64,000 bases of DNA from Amoebidium appalachense (lineage: Eukaryota; Protista; Ichthyosporea): NCBI GenBank assembly GCA_963693365.1, contig CAVNZM010000017.1, forward strand, positions 5,880,708-5,944,707, given 5' to 3'. The notes under the pieces are model-generated. The model made no database searches, was not told where the DNA came from, and worked only from the letters and a program-made list of their open reading frames with translations. Each line of letters starts with the position of its first letter. Within the stretch, counting starts at the first letter, position 1. Of this stretch, positions 34,032 to 50,754 are shown in pieces. A program made the position numbers and the translations under genes.

Positions 34032-34286
34032 ACACAAACACACAAACACACATTGTCATACACACTCGTGCACACACACACGCACCACACACACACACAA
34101 ACACACAGAGTGACAACCGGGCACAAAATCCAAATGTACAAACAGACATGCACACACTGTTCGCACAGCCCCCTCCCCCCCCCCCCCCCCCCCCCCCCTT
34201 CAAGAATAATTTTTTTTTAAAAAAAAAACCTCCCCGCCCATAAAGAGGACCCACAGGACAGTGGAGGAAAACAGGAGGGGGGGGGA

Positions 34287-34327
<41 letters not shown>

Positions 34328-34657
34328 GGGGGGGCTGGAGGGATTTAATACGCACACACACACCGTGCACCGTCACACGGACACACACACACAAACACAC
34401 ACACACACACACATTATGATACACACACACACACACACACATAGTGGTACACACACGTGCACACACATACACGCACACAAAGATTGACAGAGTTTACGAA
34501 CACAAAATCCAAATGTACACACGGACATATGCACACATTTTTGCACAGCCCCCCTCCCCCCCCCCCCCCCATGCCTCCCCCCCCCCCCCCAAAAAAAAAG
34601 AAAAAAAAATATATATACCCCCGCAGCTTAAAAACAGACCCACAGGTCAGGGGGTAA

Positions 34658-34710
<53 letters not shown>

Positions 34711-34745
34711 GGGGGCACACACCGTGCACCGTGACCCGGCCGCAG

Positions 34746-34801
<56 letters not shown>

Positions 34802-34925
34802 ACACGTTGTGTAGCACACACGTGCACACACGTGCACACACACAAGGAAAGGACACTCACCGACCCACCCACACACCCACACACCCACACACCCACCCAC
34901 CCACAGTCACACGTACACACATCGA
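33533..34925 (+). repeat. Complex interspersed repeat, copy 1: unique head, inverted anchor, then ~270-390-bp tandem subunits
   Basis: Head ataacaggtaaata(g/c)ggtttagggtcta..ctcggccgtaggg..atcttattccc; anchor aaaacctccccgcccataaagaggacccacaggacag at ~33953, ~34225, ~34620 (diverged) and inverted at ~33680; subunit motifs accgtgcaccgtgacacgga and cacaaaatccaaatgtacac. Confidence 0.8.
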
Positions 34926-36575
34926 CTTTTTCGGTCTGTTGATTGGTAACAAAGAAAAGGAGGACTTAAAGCTAATCAGAAAGAAACATTATCTGCTGCA
35001 CAGAAGGGTTTTTCTTGTGCACAGTCTAATGTGAATGATAACACTAGACTAGACTAGTTATAAGACAGTCCCCCCCTCCGAATCGCCCCGTTCCCCCCCC
35101 CCCCCCCCCCCCCCCCCCGTTCCCCGTTCTCCTATTCACCCCCCAGCCTCGGTAGCTGTTTATTTTTTTTTTAAAAAATCTAGTATATCTCCACATATGA
35201 TAGGCTGTTTGATACGTTATATCTCCACGTATTGTTTGTATGATGTAAGTGTAACACCGATTTTATTACATGTATATTTGTTGGGTGGAACTACTGGTTG
35301 GCCTTGGTGCCGACAAATTATCACAGCTCACCTACAACGATAATAAACAGCACATTCCCCCCCAAAAAATCTAGTACTCCTAAAAAAAAAATGAATAAAA
35401 TAAAAAAAACGACCCCTGTAGTGCGTAATACCGTATACACCCCTAGATGATGATCTTCTAGAAAATCGATATCACATTCCCCTGATCACTCCACCTTGTG
35501 CTATTTGACCATTACATACCATTTTTATTACGTTTTTTATATTCATGGCCTTGTTCCCATTGGCCCATTTTATAGATGATGTCAGTACAGCGAGATAAGG
35601 CTTTACAATGCTTACAAGACCAGGCTGTATACGTATATAAGCAAGCTCGAAGCTAAATGCCATCTCTGTGAGTTGGAGCCCAAATCAAAACGTTAAGAAA
35701 CGAAACTTCACATGCATAGGTTTCATTCAGACATACTGATCAAGAGCGACGAAAACTTTTTTGAAATCCGGCCGCGAATCACTGAAGTGCGTGCGCACAC
35801 TCCGTAGGCTATCTAATAGTATGTATCGACTTAGTATCAAAAGATGTACGGGACCACGAGAGCTAGCAAACTAGCCAAAAAAAAAAAAACCTCTTTTTAT
35901 TTTTTGGGAAGTGATCATAGTTATAATAATCATTCTGTCACGGTACATTGTCGTGACTACTTATGATACATTTTGGTTATGCGCTGGCGCAGCATGCCAT
36001 GCGCCACGAGTGTTCGTACACGTGCAGCTACGTTACCACCTCGAGGCTCTCCTCGAAGGCTTGGAATAATAATAATATGATAACAATTACAAAGTAGTGA
36101 CGACGCCGCCCTCGAGTGATTATCAGCCAACTGCAGGCAGCCCTAGCACCATGTGCACCCACTTGCACAAGTGCGTCGTGAGAATAAATCAAAAGAAATC
36201 AGACCTACTGTATGCCAGTTGGTATGGGCTTGCACCGTGCACGGCCGTGCACGCCACAGGCCTACAGGTCACAGGTGCACCGTGCACAGGCCGTGAGCCT
36301 CCCACACTGCATGCTTATTGGCTAAGGCAAACTTTTTTGCATAAATTAAATAATGCACGTGCACCTGTTATGTACTGCACTGAGACTATGTATTCAGTTA
36401 TGCAGGCTGGCATAATCAGTGGTCCAAACGTCAGTGAGCGTTTCACAACAGCCTCGGAGGTGAACTGCATGAGTTCCGCTCCCTGATTCAGAAGTCACTA
36501 CTTCGCCACGCGCAAGCAATACTATATAGTATTATTATATTATAATTACCGTGAAGCCGTTGCCAACCCACCACC

Positions 36576-37373
36576 ATGACCTTGTTCCGGGACACTGTTA
36601 AGAAAATATCTGGGATGTCACGGTCGAAGTCGGCACCCCTAGAGCCATCCACCCGCCGCCATTGCTGCAGAACACAACAAGAGTGCGTGCACGTCTTTTC
36701 CCTGCCCCTTCTCACAAAACTCGAGGACATGCTCGTGAAAGTTTACGAGAAATGCGAGGAGAAACTGGGCCTGGAAGAACTGTTCCCAGACGGCCGAGAC
36801 CGTACCATCTCCTTCCCAGTTCTGAACGGTGACCAAAATGCACATCAACGTGGGTGCCACAGTGTGCCTCAAGAGGACCAACACGGCAACATATACTACA
36901 CAGACTTCCAAACAGTAAGGGCTGCTGCAACCGAATATTGGTGCATGAACGGGTCTTTGGTTGATTATGCCCTTACTGGCACTGACTCATTCGACTGTGT
37001 TTCCATCGGCGACGGCCACTGCGCCCTCGGAGTCCGACAATATACCCACGACGCTTACGACACTGAAGTTGAAACTTTTTGGCGTCCCGACCACACGCCC
37101 TGGTGTGCAGACCCAGTCGCTGTACATGACCCTGTCAATGAGACGCAAATTACTAACAATACTAGCCGCACTGTAACCTTCTTAATTAGCCACGGTAATG
37201 GTAACAACTTTGCCGCCGGGCCTCTTGGTGCATTGCTCGTCTCTACACAGGAGCTCTCTCAACTGTCAGACTTGGAAGGCACCTATGTTTTTGATATATG
37301 CACACCAACATTGACAAAACAGCACAAGATGGACGTCGACATAGAGCCCATGCATACTGTATGCATGGGATGA
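36576..37373 (+). CDS. Intronless ORF, putative caspase-hemoglobinase fold (CHAT/peptidase C14-like) protein, possibly frameshifted at its 3' end
   Basis: 265-aa non-repetitive ORF. VTFLISHG (His) ... LLVSTQELSQLSDL ... YVFDIC (Cys) match the order and spacing of the caspase/CHAT dyad region; upstream CVSIGDG..EVETF resembles the CHAT first strand/helix. By eye only. Confidence 0.45.
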   Translation: MTLFRDTVKKISGMSRSKSAPLEPSTRRHCCRTQQECVHVFSLPLLTKLEDMLVKVYEKCEEKLGLEELFPDGRDRTISFPVLNGDQNAHQRGCHSVPQEDQHGNIYYTDFQTVRAAATEYWCMNGSLVDYALTGTDSFDCVSIGDGHCALGVRQYTHDAYDTEVETFWRPDHTPWCADPVAVHDPVNETQITNNTSRTVTFLISHGNGNNFAAGPLGALLVSTQELSQLSDLEGTYVFDICTPTLTKQHKMDVDIEPMHTVCMG

Positions 37374-37684
37374 GAGGCTCTGGCAAACCGTGGCTGACAC
37401 AAATCATAGCCAAGAGGAGTGTTTTAAGGTTTTGCCAAACACTTGCTCAGCAACAGTCTGAGATGCCATCTCTACGAACTTAACACATCCCCGATGATCA
37501 CGGCAGCCATTCTAGGCCACCTTAAAATAAACAACTGTTGGGCGGGCCCTGCGGGCTAAGCCTCAGTGCAAGTCAAATTTAAGATCTGACCAAAGTGAAC
37601 GGTTGTTTGTGGTTTTCAGCGGCCCGGTCCGCGGTGAATGATACGGTTCGAGTGTGACATGGTGACTTTAAAAATAAGAGATAG

Positions 37685-40875
<3,191 letters not shown>

Positions 40876-42165
40876 CGTTGAGAAACGTGCATAGTAGAGC
40901 CGGGGAGTCCCTACCCGGGCACCTCGGCCCATTAATGTAAACCGTTACACTCTTTCTGCGGGTGTGTATGAGAGAGAGTGTGTGTGTGTTTGTGTGTGTG
41001 TGTGTCACACGGTGTGCACGGCGTGTGTGTCAGTGTGTATGTTTGTTATGTGTCACGGTGCAAGTGTCTGTGTGCCAGTGTGCCGTAACGGTTCCACAGT
41101 GTGTGCATGCCCCGTGGTATGTGTGTGTGTGACATGTGTGGGCCGGTGTGCTCGTGTGCACTGATAAACATATGTGTTTGTTGTGTATCATGTGTGTGTG
41201 CGCGCGCCTCGGAGTGTCTGTAGGCTGTGTTTGTGCGCTTGCGTGCCTTGTGCGTCAGTGAGTGCGTGCGTGCGTGCGTGCGTGCGTGCGTTCGTTCGTG
41301 TGTGCATGCGTGTGTGCATTCGCGGAGTGCGTGCGTACATGCGTGCAGGTGTGTGTGTGTTGGTCCAGTACTTGTGTCGTGCTGCGCGTTATGTATGCAT
41401 GTGTGCAGGGGGGCCAAGGGGCGTTGTAAAATTTTGGCGGACGGGGGGAGGGGGGTGATACGGTGCTAACCCACCTACCCAACCACCGCACCAATGTATC
41501 CCCAATCAATTTCCGCCCTTGCCCTTCAAACTAACTCCCCCCCGGGGCCCCCGCATCCCCCCTCCCCTCCCCCCTCCCCTCCCCCCCCCCCCCCCCCCCT
41601 GGGTACACCTTCCCCCACTGGCATGTTACAAGAGAGGTTTGCACCATGCAACTCTTGCACTCAGCCGTTCCCTAGACTCAAAACATGCCACACAGTGTTG
41701 ACTTTTTGAGCGACGTCACGTTCTGGTTTGGTTGAGCCTCGCCCAAAAAGGTAGACATAAAATGCAGAACACATAATACAGACCACAACAAAAATAGGGA
41801 TTACACATAATACACTCAGAAGAAAACACATAAAACACTACAAAAAACAACTCGGCATTACACATAATACATTGCAAGAAACGACTACATAATACATCAC
41901 AAGAAATAACGATAACCCTAAATACTCTAAAAGAAGTAAATCCTTTGCCGGGCTATATACCACTACTGAGCCCCCTCCAGCGTTCATTCACCGGCGATGG
42001 AACTCATGCCTCTCCCTTTCCCTCCGGAAAATGCCCGGAAGCAGGAGAAACTTTTTTTGGGGGGGAGGGAGGGGGTATGGACCAGGAGATGATGTGATGC
42101 TTCAGAATCTGCCCCCCCCCCCCCCCCCCCCTCCCCCCCCCCCCTCCTCCTCCCCCTCCCCCCCC

Positions 42166-42236
42166 GTCACAGGAAGTTTTGGCACCAGAAAATTTTTGCA
42201 CTGACACCAGGTACATGGGTTAGGAAAACTTTGCCC
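42166..42236 (+). mobile_element. Diverged solo copy of the TIR of the 38845-40521 element
   Basis: gtcacaggaagttttggcaccagaaaatttttgcactgacaccaggtacatg aligns with 38846-38900. Confidence 0.65.
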
Positions 42237-42237
42237 C

Positions 42238-42316
<79 letters not shown>

Positions 42317-43538
42317 ATGTTCCACCTCATGAACACCCTTCTTAGAATTAGTGTTAACCCGAAAAGCACACTATCCAATCAGAAATGACATCAAACACCA
42401 AGCTTGCATTCCAGAACTCCATAACTTTGCAGTGGGAAAGTTTGCAGGCAGTGGACCAAGCCAACAGATTACCATCAGGCATTTGATAGATTAATGCCCA
42501 CAATTAGGTTTCCTGTCATACGAAAATCCCCCCTCCCCCCCCCCCCCCCCTCTCCCCCCCCCCCCGCCTTCCTTCCCCCCCCTTCCTCCCCCCTCCCCTC
42601 CCCCCCCCCCCCCCCTCCCCCCCCCCCCCCAGCCCCCTCCACTCCCCCCCGGAACGTCCCCCTTGCGGGCTAGTACTTGGGTATACCGTAAAAGGCACAG
42701 CATCCAATCAGAAAAGACCTCATTGACAAGCATGACTCTTGCATTCCAGAAGTCAATACTACTCTTTGCAAGCACTGTTCAATGGATTGCCATATTATGA
42801 CTGAAATCGATCAATGAGGGTGATAATGTTTCCTGTCACAGTAGTCCTTCCCTCCCCCCCTTCCCCCCTCCTCCAGGAACGCCCCCCTCCCGGGCCCCTC
42901 CCCCCCCCCCCCCCCCCCCCCCCCGGTACCTTCTAAGAACCCCTCCCCCCCCCTCCTCCCCCTTCTAGACGCATCCCCCCCTCCCCCCCCCTCCCCCCCC
43001 CCCCCCGTTCCTCTAAAAACATCCCCCCCCCCCCCTTCCCCCCCCCCCCCCCCCCCCCCCCCTGTTCCTCCAGGAAACCCCCCCCCCCCGGTTTTCAGAG
43101 GAACGCCCCCTCCTTCGAATTCACAGACTTTCACAAATTAAAACCACGCCAATCAATTACACAAATACCAAATATGCATTCCAGTATTCTAGTTCCATCA
43201 CCAGAAAAGCATGCTATCCTTTACACATATCGATCAAGGCACACTATCACTTCCGGACCCCCCCCCCCCCCCCCCCCCCCCCAACACGGACACATGGATC
43301 TCACTTTTGAATGAAATTGCAGACTGAAGGGGGGAGGGGGGGGGGGGGGTAACAGTAACGTGTATGTGTGCACATGTCGACGGGCGGCCCTTTTCAACGG
43401 GTGGTGATGGGGGGGGTGGAGGGGGGAGGGGGAGAAGGGGGGGGGGGGGAGAGGGGGGGGGGCAAATATTTCCTAACCCATATCCAGGGGTCATTCAGGA
43501 TTAAGATGATTCACATATAAGATAAGTAGTAATAGATT

Positions 43539-43603
43539 TTTTGAAAAAAATAAAGATTCTAGGGGCTACCGAGGCTGGCGGGAAAATAAGATAACAAAAA
43601 TAA

Positions 43604-43644
<41 letters not shown>

Positions 43645-43745
43645 CCGCCTCCCCCTCCCCCCCCCCCCCCCCCCCCCCCGTTTTTTTGTTATCTTATTTC
43701 CCCGCCAGCCTCGGTAGCCCCTAGAATCTTATTTTTTTTTCAAAA
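43539..43745. repeat. Foldback/MITE-like near-perfect palindrome (~207 bp)
   Basis: Arm ttttgaaaaaaataaagattctaggggctaccgaggctggcgggaaaataagataacaaaaa + poly-G pairs with poly-C + its reverse complement; partial copy of one arm at ~35141-35182. Confidence 0.8.
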
Positions 43746-43779
43746 TGGTTTTCCCTACCTTCTCGATGAGTCACCGTGC

Positions 43780-44960
43780 CAATGATTATCTGGGGTCAGT
43801 TGATTCCCACTTACTCACTATTGGTGGTAACAAAACTGTGTTTACACCCTCTAAAATACCATCCAATTTTCAAAAACACCATTTTACTTTTTTTGCATGG
43901 TACGGTACTTTTCTAACCATTGGTGTGTAGATGGTGTGCATGGTGTGGATGCTTCATAGGAAATGTCCGGAAATATATCATCCAGGCCATAGGGAAATAC
44001 TAGATATACTGGAAAATTTCGAGTCTTCGTCCATGTTTCGAATATGGCCTCCCGTTACTCTTGTGTGCCCCTCCACGGCAACAGCGCGCGGCTCTTCGGG
44101 AATTCGATTCCTTTCAGCGTGAATTCATCCAGTTTATTTCTCGAACCTCGCGTAGGCATCCTTTGGCGGTTCCCTTGCTGAGTGTTTTTGGTCTCCCTCC
44201 GGCGCGCCAGCGTATGAATGAATTAGGACTTCGCTTTTGTTTTGATTTGGTTAGGCTTCCTTCTCAGATCATCCTTTGTTGCAATTCTTTCCTTCTTTAG
44301 CACATGTTCCCGGCATTTCTGATGTTCGTGCGAAATGTCCTATCGCAAATCTCTCTCCCATTCCGAGACATCCTTTTAAATACTTATCTCCTTTATTTTT
44401 CTCTTCTACTAGTTATCAGCAGTATGTTACTTGGTTTCATACTCAATATCCTTTGCTTCATCGTTGTGATAAAGAGTATCATGGTAGGGCTCTTGAGCCT
44501 GTGCTTCTTTTTATATTAGAGACTCGTCTATTTTCTTTACAATCGTTGTGTAAATTAGCTACTTATATTTATCCTTCCTCTCGTAAACCTACCACACTTA
44601 CCGATTTTGCAATTCTAACCCCTCCTAGTGATATAGCTTGGAAATGTCTATTTTGGCGCTGTAACCTTTGTTTCCATAAATGTTTGTGCCACCTTTGTGC
44701 AGAACCTTTTTCTCTTAAACACTTCGATGGATGTATTTATTTATCTTAGATTATTCCGTTAGAAATTAGAAGACTGGCTTATTAAGATAATCCTGATATT
44801 ACGTCTATTGACTATCTGTTGAACCACGGTGTGTTTAACGAGTTTTCTAGGGTGTATGATTATTTAAGTCGTTATCTCCTCCGTATCCGAGAGTGAGGGC
44901 TTTTATATTTTCTTCTCCGAGATATCGGTGATATCTCGATGGCTTCTATTTTGCTGAGCA
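43780..44960 (+). mobile_element. 5'-truncated degenerate LINE (post-RT region, C-terminal zinc finger and 3' end)
   Basis: LRPCFEYGLPLL..FDSFQREFI (typical RP.LEY thumb region) at ~44024; WRCNLCFHKCLCHLCAEPFSLKHFDGC; the 3' end is shared with 1340-1545. Confidence 0.7.
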
Positions 44961-46383
44961 TATCAATAAAGTCATTATAATAATAAAAATTCCATCCAAG
45001 TTTCGTGATCTCCCCCCCCCGTGTCGGTATCCACATGAGACAGTCATTCCCGCTTACACTCCGTCGTCAAGCCCCCCCCCCTCCCCCCTCCCCCCACCCT
45101 CCTCCCCCCTCCCCCCTCCCGCTCTCCCCCACACCTTCCTTTCTTAATGTGTCGTTCCTGTAAAAAAAATGTGGACTTCTTGTGGTTTATCTATGGTTTA
45201 TTGGCATTCAATTTACGCTGGTTGCTCACCTGTGCTGCAAAATCTTAACAACCTACACGAAAAAAAGTCACGAAAAAAAGGTAGACCCTTGCCAAAATGA
45301 ATGCGCTGTGCATTTTGCTAGGAAACTTCAATATTTACATTACTACATGCTTGAGCCTAGACAGCCGGTGGTGGTGAGGGGGAGAGGGGGGTAGGGGGGG
45401 GGGGGGGGGGAGTTGGGGGAAGGGGCAAACACACCCCCACATATGCGAGAACACACACACGCACACACACGGGCACGGGCACACTGCCCGTGTGCCCACT
45501 GTGTGTGCCGGTATTTCAGGACCCGATGGTTCAAGTAACAGGGAGGCCCTGGAAGTGTGTTGCAGGTTGCGTTTGCGTCCGTTTCAACTTGTTACAACTA
45601 CTTATGGATACTAATCGTGTTCGGGCTAAGTCGGGGGCTGTTTGAATTTGTGCGAATTTAAAAATCTAAGACTGGTATTCGGTAAGTTTCACCCAGAAAA
45701 CGAAAGACGGCATGTGGTTGCAGTAAATTGTTCCCCCTAAACCTCACGGTCCTGAGGAGCCCCCCCCCCCCCCCCCCCCCCCCCCCGGAGGGGGGGGGGG
45801 GGGGGTGGGGGGGGGGGGGGGGGGGGGGGGGGGCATGAGTGCCATCGGTGAATGAAGGCTGGCCAGCTTCTTTGCCCCAAGATGATTTATTTCTTTTAGG
45901 ATATCATAGTGGGGGTTTACGCTGTTTACTCGAGGCAATAGTAGGTGTAACTTATATCATGTGTAATCGTTTTTTTTTAAAATGTAAAATGTGCTACGGT
46001 AATCATTATTTCTTGTAGTGTGACAAGACTTAGTTTCATTGTTATTTCTTGTAGTTACTACTAATGATTGTGTGTAATCGTTTTTTCTTGTAATGTATTA
46101 TGTGTAATTGCTCAGTTTTGCGGCTAGTCCCAACATCAGGATGCCTAAACTTAGATTAGTTAAGGTTTACAGTAACAACTCTGGCAAATTAGTAAACACT
46201 CGAGCTGACTCTTTCGTAGACCTCGGGAGAATGTCCTAGGAGCCTTCTGAGGTGCTTCCCCCGCGGGCCCTCCCTACCCCCCCCTCCCCCCTCTCCCCCC
46301 TTCCCCTCTCCACACCCCTCACACACAAACCTTAAAAATCCCCCCAAACCACCACCACCACAACATAGACACCTTGACTCCAC

Positions 46384-46433
<50 letters not shown>

Positions 46434-46480
46434 ACGGGGGAATAGGGGAGGGGGGGCGAGTGGGGGAGGGAGGGAGCACA

Positions 46481-46534
<54 letters not shown>

Positions 46535-47078
46535 ATACGTATACACACAGAAAAGCACACCCACCCACCCACCCCACAACCACACCAACACACACGCACA
46601 GAAACACTCTACATGCACACACGCATATACACAAACATGCAGATACACACACGCTCTCTCTGTCACCCCCCTCTTCCCCCCCCCCCCCCCCCCCCCCTCC
46701 CCCCCCCCCCTTTCTTTCTCCCTTCCCCCCGGCCCCCCTCCCCCCCCTCTCCCCAGCAACATGTGTTCGGGCTGCCTGATCACGAACCTTGCAATAGGTA
46801 CCGTAACGACCCATGTGGGGGCAGGTAGAACCCAATAATTGCACATACATGCAGATGAATACCACCAGGGGAAAAAAGATCAAAAAAAGAGGGGGAAAGG
46901 GGTGGTTGGCCCAAATGGGTGTAGTGGTGGTGTGCCTGAGTGCACTAGTGTGTGTTTTTGTGTGTGGGTGACATGTGGTGCGGGGAGGGGGGAAGGGGTC
47001 AATCCCTGGGGAGAGGGGGGGGGGGGGGGGGGGGGGGGGGATGAAGTACACACATAGTATGGCGTGGATGTGCCCCCC

Positions 47079-47125
<47 letters not shown>

Positions 47126-48375
47126 ACATGTACACACACGCTGCACACACACACGGACACGCGCAGTCAACTCGGCATTACGCATGGGTGTTGGGCCAGA
47201 TTGGCCAGCTTGTAATCTGATACTACATGATAATATTACGATACTACGATAATAATGCGATAATTTTACTATACTAAAACATAATACTACGTGATAAGTG
47301 ACTAAGAGGCAGCAGTGTCTAAGACTTGTGGAAAACATTACTATAATTAACAATTTGTGCAGGTTCATAGGTCACCTACATGATTTATATTTATTCATCG
47401 CTAGGACTCTACTATGCTACTTGTAATAAGTACATACTAAATGGCAAACTTTCCTTTAATCGTACACATCAGGACAAACCCGTGTCCACTACTATTTATC
47501 AGTATGTCAAGAATCAAACCGTAGGTGAATCTGAGCTAGGTGAATATGATAACTTAGGTACTGCTAGATACTTCTATTTTGTGATCTCCTATGACATACT
47601 ATGAGGCTTCACTACTATATAATTAAATTCCATTTTTGGGGCATTATGTTTTTATTCGCAACAAATCGTAGGTGAATGTGAGTGCGAGCTAGGTGAACAT
47701 GATAACTCTTACTTTGTGATGTCATGCTATGATAAGGCTTCACAACCACTATACACTTCCTTTCTGGATGTTATTATTTAATATACTCAGTGTGTCTATC
47801 ATAATCAGCATTGTGTGCGGAAGAGCCAGTCACCCGAGTGGCTCATTTCAGCGCCAAACACGAGCCATCCAAGACCGTTCTCCTTCTTAGTACCGGGCTG
47901 GTTGGATACCTGCAGCAAGAAAACACGTGTCACTGATGAACTGCTCAGATCCCACTGTGCCACAGCCAAAACCCTTCACAAATAGTCACAATCACCGCAA
48001 CATCCAATGATGTCCCTAACAGACTAGGTCTAGCAGATAGGCGGGCCAGGATGCCGAAAAGGGAGGGAAGGGCGCGGGGGGAGGGGGGGGGGGGGGGGGG
48101 GAAGGAGAATGTGTTACAGAGTACGAGTGCACGTACTGTATATGACGGAAAACACAAAGTAGATTGCAAAGCACACATTAAAATGAATGCATCATCAGCA
48201 GAGTCCACCATCCGGCGGCGGGAGGGACGGGAGGAGGGGGGAAGGGGGGGGGGGGGGGGGGGGGGGAGTTGGAGGCTGCCCTGTGCGCTCGTTGTTGGGA
48301 TGGGGTTATGCTCCTTTTTATTCATTTTCTCGTGTCTTTTTCTTATCACCTTTTTGGTTCTTTCTTTGGAGTGAG

Positions 48376-48424
<49 letters not shown>

Positions 48425-49148
48425 GGGGGAGGGGGGGATGGGGGGCAAGGGGGAGAGTGACCGGAAATGAGCGAGGGGGGAGGAGAGAGAAAGGAGAGAA
48501 AACGGGGGGGCCTGGGGGGGGGGGGGGGGGGGAGGGGAGGGAGATGGGGGGATGGGGGGAGAGAGGGTGAGTCTGAGTGGGAGCGGGATTGGGAGGAAAG
48601 GGACAGAGAGGAAGATCAAGGGGAGAAAGTGGGTTGAAAGGGAAAGAAAGAGAGGGCAAAGAAAGATAAGAAAGGGAGGGAGGGAAGGGAGGGAGGGAGG
48701 GAGGGAGGGGGGAAAGGTGGGAGGGAGGGAGGGAGGGGAGGAGGGAGGGTGGTACACAAGCCTTGTTTAACTGATTCAAATTTGATAGGTTACTTCTATA
48801 AAGCTGTTAAATTAATTATCCTATAGTGCTAGGACTATTTATAGAAGATTAGAGTACTTTAGATGATCATAAAAATAAAAGTTCCCCTCCCTTTGCATTT
48901 GATATACTGAGAATATTCTCAAAAGCAAAAGCACCTAAATTGCCATCCTAAAAAAACTCCAAAATTGCCATACAAGGGGTACACACGTAGAGAAAGAGAA
49001 GAGGACACGAGAGGAGAAGAGAGAGGTGCTGGATGTTCCTAGGACCTGGAGGGAGGGAGGGAGGGAGGGAGGGAGGGAGGGACACACACACACACACACG
49101 CAAACACACACGCACACGCACACGCACACACACACAGGGAGAGAGCCT

Positions 49149-49222
<74 letters not shown>

Positions 49223-49557
49223 GTGAGGGAGGGAGATAGATTTTTCATGTACATGTATATGTGCGTGTGTGCGTGTGTGTGTGTGCATAGAGACTCGGAG
49301 ACTGTGTGTGTGCGTAGGGGGGGGGGGGGGGGGGGGGGGGGAGGAAGAGAAGGAGAGAGGGAGAGAGATCGAAGAGAGATAGAGAAAGAGAAGAGAGAGG
49401 GGGAAGGGAGGGGGGACGGGGGGGGAGAGAAAAGAGATAGAGAGAGTTGCATGCGAGCACAACACTTCATGCCAACAGCATCTACTATTCGATGAAGGAA
49501 GGCGGAACACTTCGTGCCAGAGTTTTACAATCGCAACAATTGTCCATATGCAACTAT

Positions 49558-50025
49558 CATACCTGCAGGCTGCGGCCATCACGGAACTTGGCCACGTAGC
49601 TCACAGTCTCACCCGTACACGTCACCGTCCCCCCACCAGGACTTGCCGTATCGACGGCTTGCAACGTACCATTGACAACCTCTACCGTGTAAGAAAACGA
49701 CACAGTGCATGGGCCCATGCCGCTGTCGACATATGTTTCGCAAGAGTACCGTTGATGTCAAACTCTTTGGCTGTAGGATCATATGTTGATTGTGTCCGTG
49801 ATTTTTTATGATCGCAGTTGTACAGGAAAGAGATGCCGCTGGTAGGTGAGTTCAGTTGCAAACAGTAACCGCCATCATCAGGGTTTGTGCTGTTGAAGAG
49901 TTCCGTTGCCATGGATGAATATTGAATTTCTCCATCCGGCCCAATATTGCGAGCGCGCTCGCAATGCGAAGGGGGTGGTTGTTGGAAGGCTGGCCAGGGC
50001 GCACACTTAACACGTCCCCATCATT
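49558..50025 (-). pseudogene. Frameshifted remnant of an extracellular beta-rich protein, possibly ricin-B-lectin-like
   Basis: Stitching frames gives ..SIFIHGNGTL / NSTNPDDGGYCLQLNSPTSGISFLYNCDHKKSRTQSTYDP..FDINGT / CETYVDSGMGPCTVSFSYTVEVVNGTL..SLQV-stop. Needs at least two frameshifts. Confidence 0.35.
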
Positions 50026-50714
50026 GGTTTCGTGTCATCGACTTCACCACTAAGAGAGCATACATGCATGCTCGTTCGTAAGCCAATCAGAAGTTCGCGG
50101 GTGCCTGGTTCCGTTCTTGTACGTGTGAAATAAGGTCAACTGTTACGATGGTAATTACGCTGATTATCTCCCACTTTATTTCTGAATCATCTTGTAACTA
50201 AAACATGTCGACCAATAATTTAGTTTCGTACTCCTGACTTCAAGTGACATTATGACCCCCCCCCCCCCCCCCCCCCCCCAACCCCAAATGATTCCCAAAC
50301 TCAAGAGTCCAAAATTAGGCAATTCAACAATACCAATCCAGGCAAAATATGTTGTGTTTCCGGATTGGACGGAGGGAACGGCCATTAAAGTGCAATGATC
50401 CCCCTTAACCACAACATCCAGCACCCTGCTAGAGTCTAGCATGACATCGTCACTACGTCATACACGAATTAAAGAATATGATAAATATGTGTTAATCAAC
50501 TTCAGGTTGTTCTCTGACGTATCTTGTACAAAGTTCCATCACAACAATTTCTCAAACTCCTTGCTAATGTAAACTCAAGTTTCACATGGTACTTCATCAG
50601 TGATCACATGAGTGTGTTTCTTTTGTGTTCTAACCCCCTCCCCCCCCCCCCCCCCCCCCCCCCACCATCACCACCACCACTCTAACAACCACACAAACAC
50701 ACACCACACCCGCA

Positions 50715-50754
<40 letters not shown>

